A stretch of 64,000 bases of DNA from Squalus acanthias (GCA_030390025.1 CM059432.1:149918001-149982000), one strand, 5' to 3'; positions 39,460 to 52,954 are shown, counted from the first letter of the stretch. Translations and numbers: made by a program. Notes: generated by a model from the sequence alone, not told the origin.

Positions 39460-40208
39460 GGGCTGGATTTTCAATGACCCGTGGAGTCGGGTTTGGAGGC
39501 GTGTGGGGGGTTAAAGTTGCAGATTTGGGGGTCCCGACCCCATCCCGACTCCATTCCGCCTCCACGCAATTTTGACAAAATCGGTCGCGGGGTTCCCGAC
39601 TCCGTCCCGCCTCCAAGAGGCGGGAGAGGCCATTAAAGCCCTTAACAAGCCCTAAATTGGCTCTGTAATGCCATTTTGAAACGTTTTAGCTAGTTTAACC
39701 CTTTTCCGACGTGAAGTACGCCTGAAGTGAAACACGCCAGTGAAACCTGGCGGGAGCACAAGTGGATAGCTGACTATCAGCTGCAGGTCCACTATTACAA
39801 CGGAGATGTGATGAAGGTAGTAGTAGTATTGTGATGAAGGTAGTAGTAGTATTAGGTCTGAAAGTCGCCTCTGATGCTGCTGCATTGACTGCCTGGGAGG
39901 ACTTGGTTGCAAAAAAAATTCTCTCTCTCTCTCTCTCTGAGATGCTGCTCATTTTGCACCCAGGTCCTCTCACAGCAAAGGCCAGGCAATCTCTGAGACC
40001 AGGCAGTCTCTGACCTGCAATGATGACATCATCAGAGGCGACTTTCAGACTGAAATCACTAATTGGTTCATGGGTTCCCACATGCTGGAACTCAATTGCC
40101 CAATTAAGTGAAAATTCCATCAATCTCCCACATCCAATTGTAGTCGGGTGGATAACACGAAATGCGGATGACACGACCCCAACCCGCCCCAGTATCAAAA
40201 TCCAGCCC
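39460..40208. mobile_element. Harbinger-type MITE
   Basis: Perfect 12-bp TIR GGGCTGGATTTT / AAAATCCAGCCC, CGT on both flanks; same TIR as 12671. Confidence 0.85.
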
Positions 40209-41930
40209 CGTGAGTGTAAAAGACAAGGCTGAAGCGTTTGCAACCATCTTCAGCTAGAAGTGCCAAGTAGATGATTCATCTCGGCCTACTCCTGCGGTCC
40301 CCACCATCACAGAAGCCAGTCTTCAGTCAATTCGATTCACTCCACGTGATATCAGGAAACGGCTGAGCGCACTGGATACAGCAAAGGCTATGGGCCCCGA
40401 CAACATCCCGGCTGTCGTGCTGAAGACTTGTGCTCCAGAATGAGCCGCACCGCTAGCCAAGCTGTTCCAGTACAGCTACAACACTGGAATCTACCCGACA
40501 ATGTGGATAACTGCCCAGGTATGTCCTGTCCGCAAAAGCAGGACAAATCCAATCAGGCCAATTACCGCCCCATCAGTCTACTCTCAATCATCAGCAAAGT
40601 GATGGAAGGTGTCGACAGTGCTATCAAGCAGCACTTACTCACCAATAACCTGCTCAACAATGCTCAGTTTTGGTTCCGCCAGGACCACTGAGCTCTAGAC
40701 TTCATTACAGCCTTGGTCCAAAAATGGACAAAAAAGCTAAATTCCAGAGGTGAGGTGAGAGTGACTGCTCTTGACATCAAGGCAGCATTTGACCGAGTGT
40801 GGCATCAAGGAGCCCTAGTAAAACTGAAGTCAGTGGGAATCAGGGGGAAAACGCGCCACTGGATGGAGTCATACCTAGCACAAAGGAAGATGGTTGTGGT
40901 TGTTGGAGGTCAATCATCTCAGCCCCAAGACATTGCTGCAGGAGTTCCTCAGGGCAGTGTCCTAGGCCCAACCATCTTCAGCTGCTTCATCTATGACCTT
41001 CCCTCTATCATAAGGTCAGAAGTGGGGTTGCTCACTCATGATTGCACAGTGTTAAGTTCTATTCGCAACTCCTCAGATAATGAAGCAGTCCATGCCCGCA
41101 TGCAGCAAGACCTGGACAACATTCAGGTTTGGGCTGATAAGTGGCAAGTAACATTTGCGCCACACAAGTGCCAGGCAATGACCATCTCCAACAAGAGAGT
41201 CTAGCCACCACCCCTGACATTCAACAGGATTAGCATCTCCAAATCCCCCACCATCAACAGCCTGGGGTCACCACTGACCAGAAACTTAATTGGACCAGCC
41301 ACATAAATACTGTGGCTACAAGAGCAGGTCAGAGGCTGGGTATTCTGCGGTGAGTGACTCACCTCCTGGCTCCCCAAAGCCTTTGCACCATCTACAAGGC
41401 ACAAGTAAGGAGTGTGACAGAATACTCTCCACTTGCCTGGATGAGTGCAGCTCCAACAACACTCAAGAAACTCGACACCATCCAGGACAAAGCAGCCCGC
41501 TTGATCGGCACCCCATCCACCACCTTAAACATTCACTCCCTCCACCACCAGCGCACCATGGCTGCAGTGTGTACCATCTACAGGATGCACTGCAGCAACT
41601 CGCCGAGGCTTCTTCGGCAGCACTTCCCAAACCCGCAACCTCTACCACCTAGAAGGACAAGGGCAGCAGACGCATGGGAACACCACCACCTCCAGGTTCC
41701 CCTCCAAGTCACACACCATCCTGACTTGGAAGTATATCGGCCGTTCCTTCATCGTCGCTGTGTCAAAATCCTGGAACTCCCTCCCTAACAGCACTGTGGG
41801 AGTACCATCACCACACGGACTGCAGCGGTTCAAGAAGGCAGCTAACCACCACCTTCTCAAGGACAATTAGGAATGGGCAATAAATGCTGGCATTGCCAGC
41901 GACATCCCATGAATGAATAAAAAAAAAACA
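40209..41930 (+). mobile_element. Poly(A)-tailed CR1-group LINE, 5'-truncated
   Basis: [48 protein letters not shown]; ends gggcaataaatgctgg...gaataaaaaaaaaa. Confidence 0.9.
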
Positions 41931-43059
41931 CCTGGTGAGTCACCGGGAATCCAAAATCAGAAAATGACTTCTTATAAACACAAATGGAACTCAGAGGCCT
42001 GGGCTTGAAGAGCAGATGGTCGAGGCAGCGGGGTGCGGGGTGGGTGGAGGGGGAGTGGTTGATGAGGGGAGCGAAACACGTGTGACCCTCGGGCTGCAAG
42101 TTGAAAAGCGCCTGGTGTAGAACACCTAACTTCAGCAAGTCACCACAAATGTTTATGCGGTGTATTTAAAATAAATCCACTCTGTGTTTTACGTCAAGTC
42201 AGGAAGTAGTCAATAAAATTCAAGAAATAAATTTAAATTAAAAAAATGTAATTTAACTTCACACGCAGAATGTTTTGTAGAAGATCCACTTCCTTTGTAC
42301 CCACTGCCTGTCATCTAAGGGAGCTCCAGGCACACAATGCAGTGACCTTTTCATGTGAATCTTATTAAATTAAACTGGAAAGCGGCAGTCAATGGAACAC
42401 AAAATCCTCAGCGGGGTGCAATTTCTGTTAGTGGATTTGTTGCTATAGGACTGTAGAATGTCATCATTGCATGGCTCAATCCGGCTGGGATTAAGGTAGC
42501 ACTAATGCCGAGGGTTAAAAAATAAACAATGAAAATTAGCTGACAGCAAAAAACAAATGCTGCATTTTTTTTTACGAGCATCTAGACTGCTGATCATGTG
42601 AGTACGGTAAAGGGATAATTCCATGATGCCACACTAGAGATCGGGCCACTGTGTCTGAAAAGAAGACGGGATGGAGGTCGGGCCATAACATCGCGGCTCC
42701 TATCCTGTAAATTCTGCTCCATGTGAACAGTGGATCACAGAATTACTCCAGACTCATCAATCGGTTACGAATGTATTTCAATCGCTACAGATTTAAATCC
42801 CAGAGACAATCATTTCTATATATAATGGTTACACAAGCATAAAAGTTATCCAAGTTAAATTTTTATTTAATATCTTGGAATTTTTACATTGCATCTTTTT
42901 CCTGAGAAATGCAAATACTGATTTACAATTTACTCTGAATTCTTTGAGAAGTGTTTTTGACTCATGTGTTTTAATGCACCAACGTCATTGATTTTTCCAA
43001 TCTATTTCTGTTGACATGTGTTGCTTGGCTACGAAGCAATCCTGTACTTAGAACATTAA

Positions 43060-43124
43060 CCAATCAGAGTGATTGTCATTAATTAATAAGCAAAAGTGGC
43101 AAGTTGCGTTGTTACCCTGGCAAC
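43060..43124. promoter_or_regulatory. CCAAT box and RFX X-box
   Basis: aaCCAATcag at 43060; GTTACCCTGGCAAC at 43111-43124 fits GTNRCC-N0-3-RGYAAC. Confidence 0.45.
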
Positions 43125-43639
43125 GAGCTGCTGCCACACTGTGTGGAGAGCAGTCAGATTGGAGTCTGTTAACCTTTCCATCTGTGGGTCTGTGTACCAA
43201 CAGGCTCAACTATTTTTAATTGCAGCTCCTCTACTGAATCATCCATACCTCTTAATCTCCTGCAATGAGTCTGCAAAAGTCACGGCCAAAAGGCCAAAAT
43301 CAGGGACAAAAGGCCAAAATCGGGGACACATCTCACAAAAATCAGGAACAAATGATTAAAATCAGTAATCCACTTTTTGCATGCAATGCTTTGCTGGAAC
43401 TAAACTGGTGATTCGGTGACCCGCTGTTTCCGGGTGGGGCACGTGACACTCACTCGCAGCGAGCCCATCTCGGGTGCACAGTCCACGATTATCTACCCGT
43501 AAATTTCAACGAAAGGAAAATCCAGTGGGTTCTGCAAGAGAGGTGTGATCCCCCCACTCGCCAGACTTTTCTTTCTGTACGCCGCTCTGGTGAAGCTGAC
43601 CGTCCAGGCGGTAAAGACGGAAATCTATTTCCCGCGTGC

Positions 43640-44205
43640 AACTATTCGAAGAAGAGCAGGGTATTCTCCCAGTGTCCTGGCCAGGATTTATCCCTCAACC
43701 AACACCATTAAAACAGATTCACTGGTCATTTATCTCACCACTGTTCATGGGATTCTGCTGTGTGCAAATTGGCTGCGGCATTATTTAAAATTAGTTCCTG
43801 GGATGTGGGCGTCGCTGGCGAGGCCAGCATTTATTGCCCATCCCTAATTGCCCTTGAGAAGGTGGTGGCGAGTTGCCTTCTTGAACTGCTGCAGTCCGTG
43901 TGGTGAAGGTGCTCCCACAGTGCTGTTAGGGAGGGAGTTCCAGGATTTTGACCCGCGACGATGAAGGATCGGCGATATACTTCTAAGTCAGGATGGTGTG
44001 TGACTTGGAGGAGAACTTGGGGGTGGTGGTGTTCCCATGCGCCTGCTGCCTGGTGTGTGACTTGGAGGGGAACTTGCAGTTGGAGGTGATGGTGTTCCCT
44101 ACAATAACGACAATGACTACACTTATAGAGCAATTTATTGGCTGTGAAGCGCTTTCGGATGTCCTGAGGATGTGAAAGGCGCTATATAAATGCAGTTCTT
44201 TCCTT
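43640..44205 (+). mobile_element. Deu-SINE fragment interrupted by a minus-strand 3' piece (43798-44098) of the 40209-type LINE
   Basis: SINE core at 43640-43778 resumes at 44098; the insert has an internal duplication of about 45 bp. Confidence 0.8.
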
Positions 44206-44474
44206 TCCTAATAGACTGAAACTCATGAGCTGTGTGCCGGCGCTCCCCAAGATGTCTTGGTATGTGCACCGAATTCTTCCTTAGAGGAACCAGGTTACAG
44301 AATCACCCCTTGAATGATTATTTATGATTGTAAACTAACAAACGTTAAGGGGTAAATAAATTTACAACACATGCAACCGATGCACTGAGGGTAAATTTTA
44401 TGAAGTTGTACTCCCAGCAAGGAACTTCACCTGCCGGGAGTGGTATCTGGAATTTTGGTGCCAGTCTGTCTAGC

Positions 44475-44845
44475 CCTGACAAGACTAGACAGACTGGATG
44501 CAGGGAGGATGTTTCCCCTGGCTGGGGGGTCTAGAACGAGGGGTCACAGTCTCAGGATACGGGGTAGGACATTTAGGACTGAGATGAGAAATTTCTTCAC
44601 TCAGAGGGTGGTGAACCTGTGGAATTCTCTACCACAGAAGGCTGTGGAGGCCAAGTCACTGAATATATTTAAGAAGGAGATAGATAGATTTCTAGACACA
44701 AAAGGCATCAAGGGGTATGGGGAGAGAGCGGGAATATGGTATTGAGATAAAGGATCACCCATGATCATATTGAATGGCGGAGCAGGCTCGAAGGGCCGAA
44801 AGGCCGACTCCTGCTCCTATTTTTCTATGTTTCTATGTTTCTATG
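44475..44845 (+). mobile_element. CR1 3' end
   Basis: LDRLDAGRMFPLAG...FFTQRVVNLWNSLP; (TTCTATGT)n tail. Confidence 0.9.
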
Positions 44846-45509
44846 TGCTGAGGTCAGTGGGCCCTGCAATATGTCTCATCCATTAAATTTAAAGTTACAC
44901 CACATCCTTATGGCCCTGTTGTATGGATGCTTTTGCAGTTATGTGATCTGGTTTCCATGTCACATCGTTGCACATACCACGGTATAACTATGGAGCAAAG
45001 TTGCCAATGTGAAGGTACATAGAATTATGACCTTGATGGGATGCCCTTGAGCAGGTAAACTTGGTTTAGAGATGCAAACGTTTCAATTTTTTAAACTATC
45101 CCATTAGTTGTTTGTCAGTATTCTAAATAAGCCCCAGTGCTATCAGTGCAGGAGTTGTTCTCTGACGTTGCACTAACCCTATACGACTCAAATTTGAGTG
45201 CATTCTGTGCATGATTTTCCAACTGTTAATTTGGCATGCTCCCAAGTTTCCAATATATGATCCATGAAGTTGGAAATTACTTCTTATAACTCTGTGCTGC
45301 TGACTTGTACCTCTTGAAAGTAGGCACTGGTGCCAAACCAGTGTCTGTACTATAACAGCACTACGTAACTTGGAGAGCATAAACTCGACTAAAAATTTTC
45401 AAAAATGCACTATTTTGTGTCACTTTTTATAATCTAATAAACAACACTGGTTTTCTCATTTTAGAAAAAATGGAAACCAACATGAAATATAAAATAAATA
45501 AAGCACAGA

Positions 45510-47180
45510 AAACAACAATCTACATTTCTATAACACCTTTCACATAACACGTGTCCCAAGGTGCTTTACTGGAGATTGGAAGATATTGGGGTATAAATTC
45601 TACTTGGGGGAGAGCGCAAAACAGACAATAGCAAATCGGCTGCTCCTTTACATAGAAGTCAATGGCAAAGAAAATCGTCAGAGTGTAAAACAGGCTGCCT
45701 GTTTGCTATCGCTCGCTTTGTGCTACTGCCCAAGACAAGTTTATGCCCCACTGAGCACGGCACTGGAGAATAGTCACAGGAGGCGACTGAAGGTAGGGTC
45801 AGTGGTAGGTGATTGCAGATGCTTTTGAAAGTGCGGAAAAAGGTAAGACACAGGGGGCTTAAGAAGTGAGTTTCAAAGTGCAGGAACGTGGTTTCTGTGT
45901 AAAGAGGGGAAGAGACCCAGTAGACCAGAGTCAGAGGAGCGCAGAGTGAATACAGGGAGGTAGGGCTGATAAAGATTACTGAGGTCGGTAGGGACGGGAA
46001 CATTGAAAGACTTGCAAATGAGAAGGAAAATTTTAAAGTTGATGCACTGGGGAATGAGGAGCCAATAGCACTTGTGGATGAGTCGGAATGATGTTGGGTG
46101 GTGCTTGGAAGATCAGCAAGGCCAGTATAGATGAAATAAAGCCTTGAGATGACCAAGGCATGGATGAGACTCTCAGTAGCAGTGAGTTTGTTAGTGTTAT
46201 GGGGTGGTAGCAGGTGATCCTGCTAACTGACCACAGGTGGGGCTCTCAGGTCAGCTCGGAGTTGAAGAGGACTCCATCAGGTTCAGCCTCAGCAAGCTTC
46301 CAGGTAAGAGGATGAAAACAGCACCTCCAGTTTCTGTGACGTAAGGTTTCGGGTACATCCAGACAGGATGGCTTCCATCTTGCTGATGTTGAGTTGGACA
46401 AAGTTTTGGCTCATCCAGGATTTGATGTCCAACAGGCAGTTAGACAGCACAAAGGTAAAATTATGTGCCATTGGCATACGTATGGGACCTGATCCATTAT
46501 TGGTAGATGATGTTGCCAGGGGTCAGTATGTAGATGAGGACAAGAAGGGAGCCAAGGATGAAGCCTTGAGGCACAGTGGATGATCTTGTGGGAGGGGCAA
46601 GAAAGCTATTGTAAGAGACGTATTGACTATGTTGGGATAGTTAGGAATGGAATTAAGTCATGATAGAACAGTGCTATGGTGGTGAAGTCGGAAGGGAAGA
46701 CCAAGAAGAAGAATGGAGTGATCGAAAGCCATGGAAAGGTTGAGGAGTGTGAGGATGAATAGCATGTCATGGTCACAGTCAGGTAGGACATCATTAGTTA
46801 CTTTGACCAGAGCAGTCTATGTCCCATAGGTAAGTGGAAACCAGCTTCAGATTCAAATGGAATGAGTTGGATGGCAATGATGTGCTTGAAAACTGCAGAG
46901 AGGAAGGGGAGCCCCTGATGGGCCAGTAGCCGAAGAGGAAAAAGAAATCGAGGGTAGACTTTTTGAGCAATAGGGTGATGACAGCAGATTTGAAGGGGGG
47001 GGGAAACAATGCATAACGAAATGGAGAGGTTGATGATGTCAGCGAGCATGGGATCGAGGAGAGGTCGGACGTCAACCAGCAGTGAAACCTCCAGATGTTT
47101 GTCCAGATGTTTTAGCTGCTGTAAATTGTGATGAACCTGAAATGATGGCCCACACTTTCTCACAATGAGGCTATGTGCCA
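45510..47180 (-). mobile_element. Highly degenerate L2 LINE containing a small palindromic MITE (about 45588-45750)
   Basis: LSNCLLDIKSWMSQNFVQLNISKMEAI and PFKSAVITLLLKKSTLD motifs. Confidence 0.7.
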
Positions 47181-49798
47181 ATAGCAAAGACTTCAGGACC
47201 TATATCGTATGAGCCCTCAGATTCTAACATGTTACTTTATAGGAGAGACCAGGAATCACTGTCGGTGATATTCCATGATGGATGCTTGAAGTGATTGCTA
47301 TGACATTTCTCTGTCTGCAATTTAAACTCAGGCGTTAACTTGAAACCATAAATTCTAGTATTATATATCCTATCATTCACTGTACAATACTCGTGTCTGG
47401 CCAGAGCCTACTGCTTTTTTAGTTAACATGATCTAAATCACAAATAGAGTGCATTCAGATTAACAGTTCTTTTACATAGAATTTACAGCACAGAAACAGG
47501 CCATTCGGCCGGTGTTTATACTCCACACAAGCCTTCTCCCACTCTTCTTCATCTCACCCTATCAGCATATCCCTCTATTCCTTTCTCCCTCATGTACTTA
47601 TCTAGCTTTCCCGTAAATGCTTCTATGCTATTCGCCTCAACTACTCCATGTGGTACTTTCAATAAACCTCAGCCCAAATTGCATGGTCTAATAGTGTGTT
47701 ATATTCTTAGGACATCCAAAGGTTAGATGAACATGAGAGGGATTGTCTCAATTCCAGTAAGAAAATGACAGTAACGAGGATTCTTTTTTGACCCCTGGGC
47801 AACACTACATTACCAGATCTTGTGTGTATATAAGTTTTTACTTCAGTAGGTTGCCAGGGCTTCCTTATGGAATGGTCCTTGGCAGAAGTATCTGGTGGAG
47901 CCCTAAAATCCTAACAAGGTGACCATTCAATTTGATTTCTAAGCTTTCAGAAGTTCTGGCACGAGAAATTACGAGGCTGTCCACAGCATTTCCTTGAGTT
48001 TTCCTTTACACGTTGAGTGCTATAATTTAGTTATGTAGTTTTTTTGCGGGTCTCCATAACAGTTTAAGAAGTTTCCTGGTAGCGATGGATCAGTGACGAG
48101 CTGTGTCGAGTTGTATGATTCCTTTCAGCTACAGAGCTTCGAATATAGCTTGGGCTCTTCTGCAGTGTATGCAAGGGTGAAAAAGGATCCAAAGTGGAGT
48201 GGAATTATATAGAGTGTTTCATGTAAAAAGGGCAGAGAGCGTTACGGCCGTTCCTGGTTTATATTTGTATAGTCAATCAGGAGTAGGATGGCCTGCAGTA
48301 CAAGAGCTTCAAACCGTACTGAAACAGCAGAATGTGGCTTAGTCCGTGAAATAATCCAAACCTGCCAAATACCATTTACCTTGCCCGACTTAGCATTCAG
48401 CCTCTCAACTGGCATCAGTCATCTCTCTGTGTTGAGCAACCTTGGGGCAAGGCTTGAACTCTTATTTCTTGTTGCCTCCACACATTCTCAGTGAAATTAA
48501 TGAGTGCATGAAGTCTCTGCAGCACAATAACAAAGAGCGTAACAGCTGATGAGCAATGCAGCTTTATTCAAAACATTCAATTCTCCCTCAAGGAGGTACA
48601 GAGAGCTCAAACTAGGCCCACATGTCTCTCAACTAAATTGTCTGTGGATGGCATGTGGATCCTTCAAATTAGTCCCAGATGTCCCTCAACTGAAATGGTT
48701 GAGGTTGTTACGTGTCCCCTGTTGAGTGTTATGGTCGGACCGCTGTTAATTCTGACAGCAGTCCATGTGTAATGGGTATCCTTGCAGCTTCACAAAATAA
48801 CCCTTTGCATCACCAGTTTTGGGCAGAGCAATGGGCACAGTTGGATAAAACAAAGTAGTTTACTGATAAACAGAAAGCTGACTGTCAAGCAATCGCGCAG
48901 AGCTCCTGCTGTGCTGCAGTCAAGTTTAACGATACAGACAGAATTAGGCCTATTTCAGTAGATGCTACTCTGCACGCAGCTGAGCAAGGAAGCTTCAATC
49001 AAATAAACTCATCTGCAACACACATAATAACATCTTTATGTTACTGATGTAGAAACCACTAATTACAGAGCTACATGTCATCAAATCTGGCTACAATGCA
49101 CATGAGCACTGGAATTCCACAGACCACCATCCTGGGATTGCGCCCGCCGATGCCTCCAACGTACTTTGGGTCGGGGAGGGCACCTGTTAGCATGGGGCTG
49201 GCCGGTACCTGCGCCAATAGGGGGACATCTTGGGCACCCCAGCTTGCACAGTGGACAGAGAGTAAGGTAGGGCTGGGTGTCCCCTCCTGGAAAAAACAGT
49301 GTCGCCCCCAACAGTCTCCTTGTTCTTCCTGGGTTCAGGCTATAGTCATGGCTTGGACCATTTCACAGCCCCCTCCCCCAGTGCAGCCCACTTCTGCTCT
49401 TCAAGAGGACGGTACACCTCTTCTCACTTGGTGTACTGGTCGACAAAGTCCCTTTGATGGGGGGGAGAAGGTTGCCCAGATGGAGGCTCCACCTCTTACA
49501 AGACCCTGTGGATACTGGCAGCTCAAGCCAGGACCTGGCACATCTGGGTTCTAGCCTGCTTTCCAGACATTCCAGAGCACTCCTGCCGGAGTTATGGTAG
49601 AAGTGTGCCAGAAGGGCTGTGGAATTTCAACACTGCACTCTTATTGCCTGGTATCAACTGGAGAGCTAAACGCAGAAATACAGGAAACTTTTCAACTCCA
49701 ATTTAATTATAGCATTAAGGCTGCCCAAGTTGCTAATCAATCAATATCAGAGCGGCTTCTCCACAGTTGGGTTATTTCCACCTTCTACTTCTTCCAAA

Positions 49799-50885
49799 GT
49801 GAAGAGTCAGCAGTAGAGGGTGAAGAGTCAGCAGTAGAGGGTGAAGAGTCAGCAGTAGAGGGCGAAGAGTCAGCAGTAGAGGGTGAAGAGTCAGCAGTAG
49901 AGGGCGAAGAGTCAGCAGGAGAGGGTGAAGAGTCAGCAGTAGAGGGTGAAGAGTCAGCAGTAGAGGGTGAAGAGTCAGCAGGAGAGGGTGAAGAGTCAGC
50001 AGTAGAGGGCGAAGAGTCAGCAGGAGAGGGTGAAGAGTCAGCAGTAGAGGGTGAACAGTCAGCAGTAGAGGGTGAAGAGTCGGCAGTAGAGGGTGAAGGG
50101 TCAGCAGTAGAGGGTGAAGAGTCAGCAGTAGAGGGCGAAGAGTCAGCAGGAGAGGGTGAAGAGTCAGCAGTAGAGGGTGAACAGTCAGCAGTAGAGGGTG
50201 AAGAGTCGGCAGTAGAGGGTGAAGGGTCAGCAGTAGAGGGTGAACAGTCGGCAGTAGAGGGTGAAGAGTCGGCAGTAGAGGGTGAAGAGTCAGCAGGAGA
50301 GGGTGAAGAGTCAGCAGGAGAGGGTGAAGAGTCAGCAGTAGAGGGCGAAGAGTCAGCAGGAGAGGGTGAAGAGTCAGCAGTAGAGGGTGAAGAGTCGGCA
50401 GTAGAGGGTGAAGAGTCAGCAGGAGAGGGTGAAGAGTCAGCAGTAGAGGGTGAAAAGTCAGCAGTAGAGGGTGAAGAGTCAGCAGGAGAGGGTGAAGAGT
50501 CAGCAGTAGAGGGTGAACAGTCAGCAGTAGAGGGTGAACAGTCAGCAGTAGAGGGTGAAGAGTCAGCAGTAGAGGGTGAAGAGTCAGCAGTAGAGGGTGA
50601 AGAGTCAGCAGTAGAGGGTGAACAGTCAGCAGTAGAGGGTGAACAGTCGGCAGTAGAGGGTGAAGAGTCAGCAGTAGAGGGTGAAGAGTCAGCAGGAGAG
50701 GGTGAAGAGTCAGCATTAGAGGGTGAAGAGTCAGCAGTAGAGGGTGAAGAGTCAGCAGTAGAGGGTGAAGAGTCAGCAGTAGAGGGTGAAGAGTCAGCAG
50801 TAGAGGGTGAAGAGTCAGCAGTAGAGGGTGAAGAGTCAGCAGGAGAGGGTGAAGAGTCAGCAGTAGAGGGTGAAGGGTCAGCAGC
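49799..50885. repeat. 21-bp minisatellite (GAGGGTGAAGAGTCAGCAGTA)n, about 52 copies
   Basis: Directly visible; substitutions only, no indels. Confidence 0.98.
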
Positions 50886-50900
50886 AGCCAACACACAACT

Positions 50901-52954
50901 TACAACAACAACAACAACAACTTGTATTTATATAGCACCTTTAACGTAGTAAAATGTCCCAAGGTGCTTCACAGGAGTGATTATAAGACAACAAATTTGA
51001 CACCGAGCCACATAAGAAGAAATTAGGGCAGGTGATCAAAAGCTTGGTCAGAGGGGTAGGTTTTAAGAAGCGCCTTAAAGGAGGAAAAAGAGGTAGAGAG
51101 GCGGAGAGGTTTAGGGAGGGAATTCCAGAGCTTGGGGCCGAGGCAACAGAAGGCACGGCCACCGATGGTGGAGCGATTATAATCAGGGATGCTCAAGAGG
51201 GCAGAATTAGAGGAACGCAGATATCTCAGGGGGGTTGTGGGGCTGGAGGAGATTACAGAGATAGGGAGGGGCGAGGCCATGGAGGGATTTGAAAACAAGG
51301 ATGAGAATTTTGAAATCGAGGTGCTGCTTAACCGGGAGCCAATGTAGGCCAGTGGTCACAGGGGGTGATGGGTGAACAGGACTTGGTGCGAGTTAGGACA
51401 CGGGGCAGCCGAGTTTTGGATCACCTCAAGTTTACGTAGGGTAGAATGTGGGAGGCCAGCCAGGAGTGCGTTGCAAGAGTCAAGTCTAGTGGTAACAAAG
51501 GCTATGGATGAGGGTATCAGCAGCAGATGAGCTGAGGCAGGGGCGGAGACGGGCGATGTTATGGAGGTGGAAATAATCGGTCTTAGTTATGCTGCGGATA
51601 TGTGGTCGGAAGTTCATTTCAGGGTCAAATTTTACATCAATGTTGTGAACAATGTGGTTCAGCCTCAGACAGATGTTAGGGAGAGGGATGGAGTCGGTGA
51701 CTAGGGAACAGAGTTTGTGGCGGGGACCGAAAACAATGGCTTCGGTCTTCCCAATATTTAATTGGAGAAAATTTTTGCTCAAATAGAACTGTATGTCGGA
51801 CAAGCAGTCTGACAATTCAGAGACCGTGGAGGGGTCAAGAGAAGTGGTAGTGAGGTAGAGCTGGGTGTTGTCAACATACATGTGGAAACTGTTGCTGTGT
51901 TTTCGGATGATTTCGCCAAGGGGCAACATGTAGATGAGAAATAGGAGGGGGCCGAGGATAGATCCTTGAGGGACACCAGAGGTAACAATGCAGGAGTGGG
52001 AAGAGAAGCCATTGCAGGTGATTCTCTGGCTACAATATATAGATAAGAATTGAACCAGGCGAGTGCAGTTCCACCCAGCCATTGGAGGAGGATGGAGTGG
52101 TCAACCGTGTCAAAGGCTGCAGACAGGTCGAGAAGGACGAGGAGGGATAGTTTACCTTTGTCACAGTCACAAAGGATGTCATTTGTGATTTTGATGAGAG
52201 CCGTTTCGGTACTGTGGCAAGGGCAGAAACCTGATTGGAGGGATTCAAACATGGAATTGAAGGAAAGATGGGCATGGATTTGGGAGGCGACAACACGTTC
52301 AAGGACTTTGGAGAGGAAAGGGAGGTTGGAGATGGGGCGGTAGTTTGCAAGGACGGAGGGGTCAAGGGTTGGTTTTTTGAGGAGAGGGGTGATGACGGCA
52401 GATTTGAAGGTTAGAGGGGGACAGTACCTGAAGAGAGAAAACTGTTAACAATGTCAGGTAACATGGGAGCCAGAAAAGGAAGTTGGGTGGTCAGCAGTTT
52501 AGTGGGAATAGGGTCGAGGGAGAAGGAAGTGGGTCTCATGGACAAGATGAGTGCGGAGAGGTCAAGAGGGGAGATCAGAGAGAAACTGGAGAAAGATGTG
52601 AGTTCAGGGCTAGGACAGGGGGGAACCTTAGAGGAAGTTTGGCCCAGTGGGCTAGGGAAGGAAGAGAAGTGGCAGAGCCAGCTGAACGGATGGTCTCAAA
52701 CTTAGAGACAAAGAAGTCCATGAGCTCCTCGCACTTGTTGTTGGAGGTGAGGGTGGAGGAGACAGGGGAGAGGGGTTTAAGAAGATGGTTAGCAGTAGAG
52801 AATAGAAGCTGGGGGTTATCTTTGCATTCCAGAATGATCCTGGAATAGTGAGCAATTTTGGCAGACGAGAGCAGGACCCGATAATGCTTTATGTGGTCCA
52901 GCCAGATCTGGCGGTGAATGTCTAAACCAGTTGTCCGCCTTATCCGTTCAAGGC
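50901..52954 (-). mobile_element. L2 LINE, about 2 kb 3' portion
   Basis: [53 protein letters not shown]; (TTG)n tail. Confidence 0.95.

Noticed and set aside
39807..39852. let-7-like or C/D snoRNA-like sequence (tgtgatgaaggtagtagtagtat x2)
   Set aside because: It is a 23-bp tandem duplication inside a MITE; the let-7 seed is not matched and no precursor hairpin is seen.
48380..48441. Minus-strand coding exon with donor ag|gtaaat
   Set aside because: Stops in all three frames.
48706..49031. Solo LTR (TGTTA...AATAAA...TAACA); also 1061-1181
   Set aside because: No target-site duplication, primer-binding site or second copy; kept only as a possibility.
49799..50885. CRISPR-like array
   Set aside because: Contiguous tandem units without unique spacers, in eukaryotic DNA.
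49594..50949. 451-aa, 374-aa and 369-aa ORFs as genes
   Set aside because: They arise from a 21-bp unit lacking stops in three frames; there is no non-repetitive domain.
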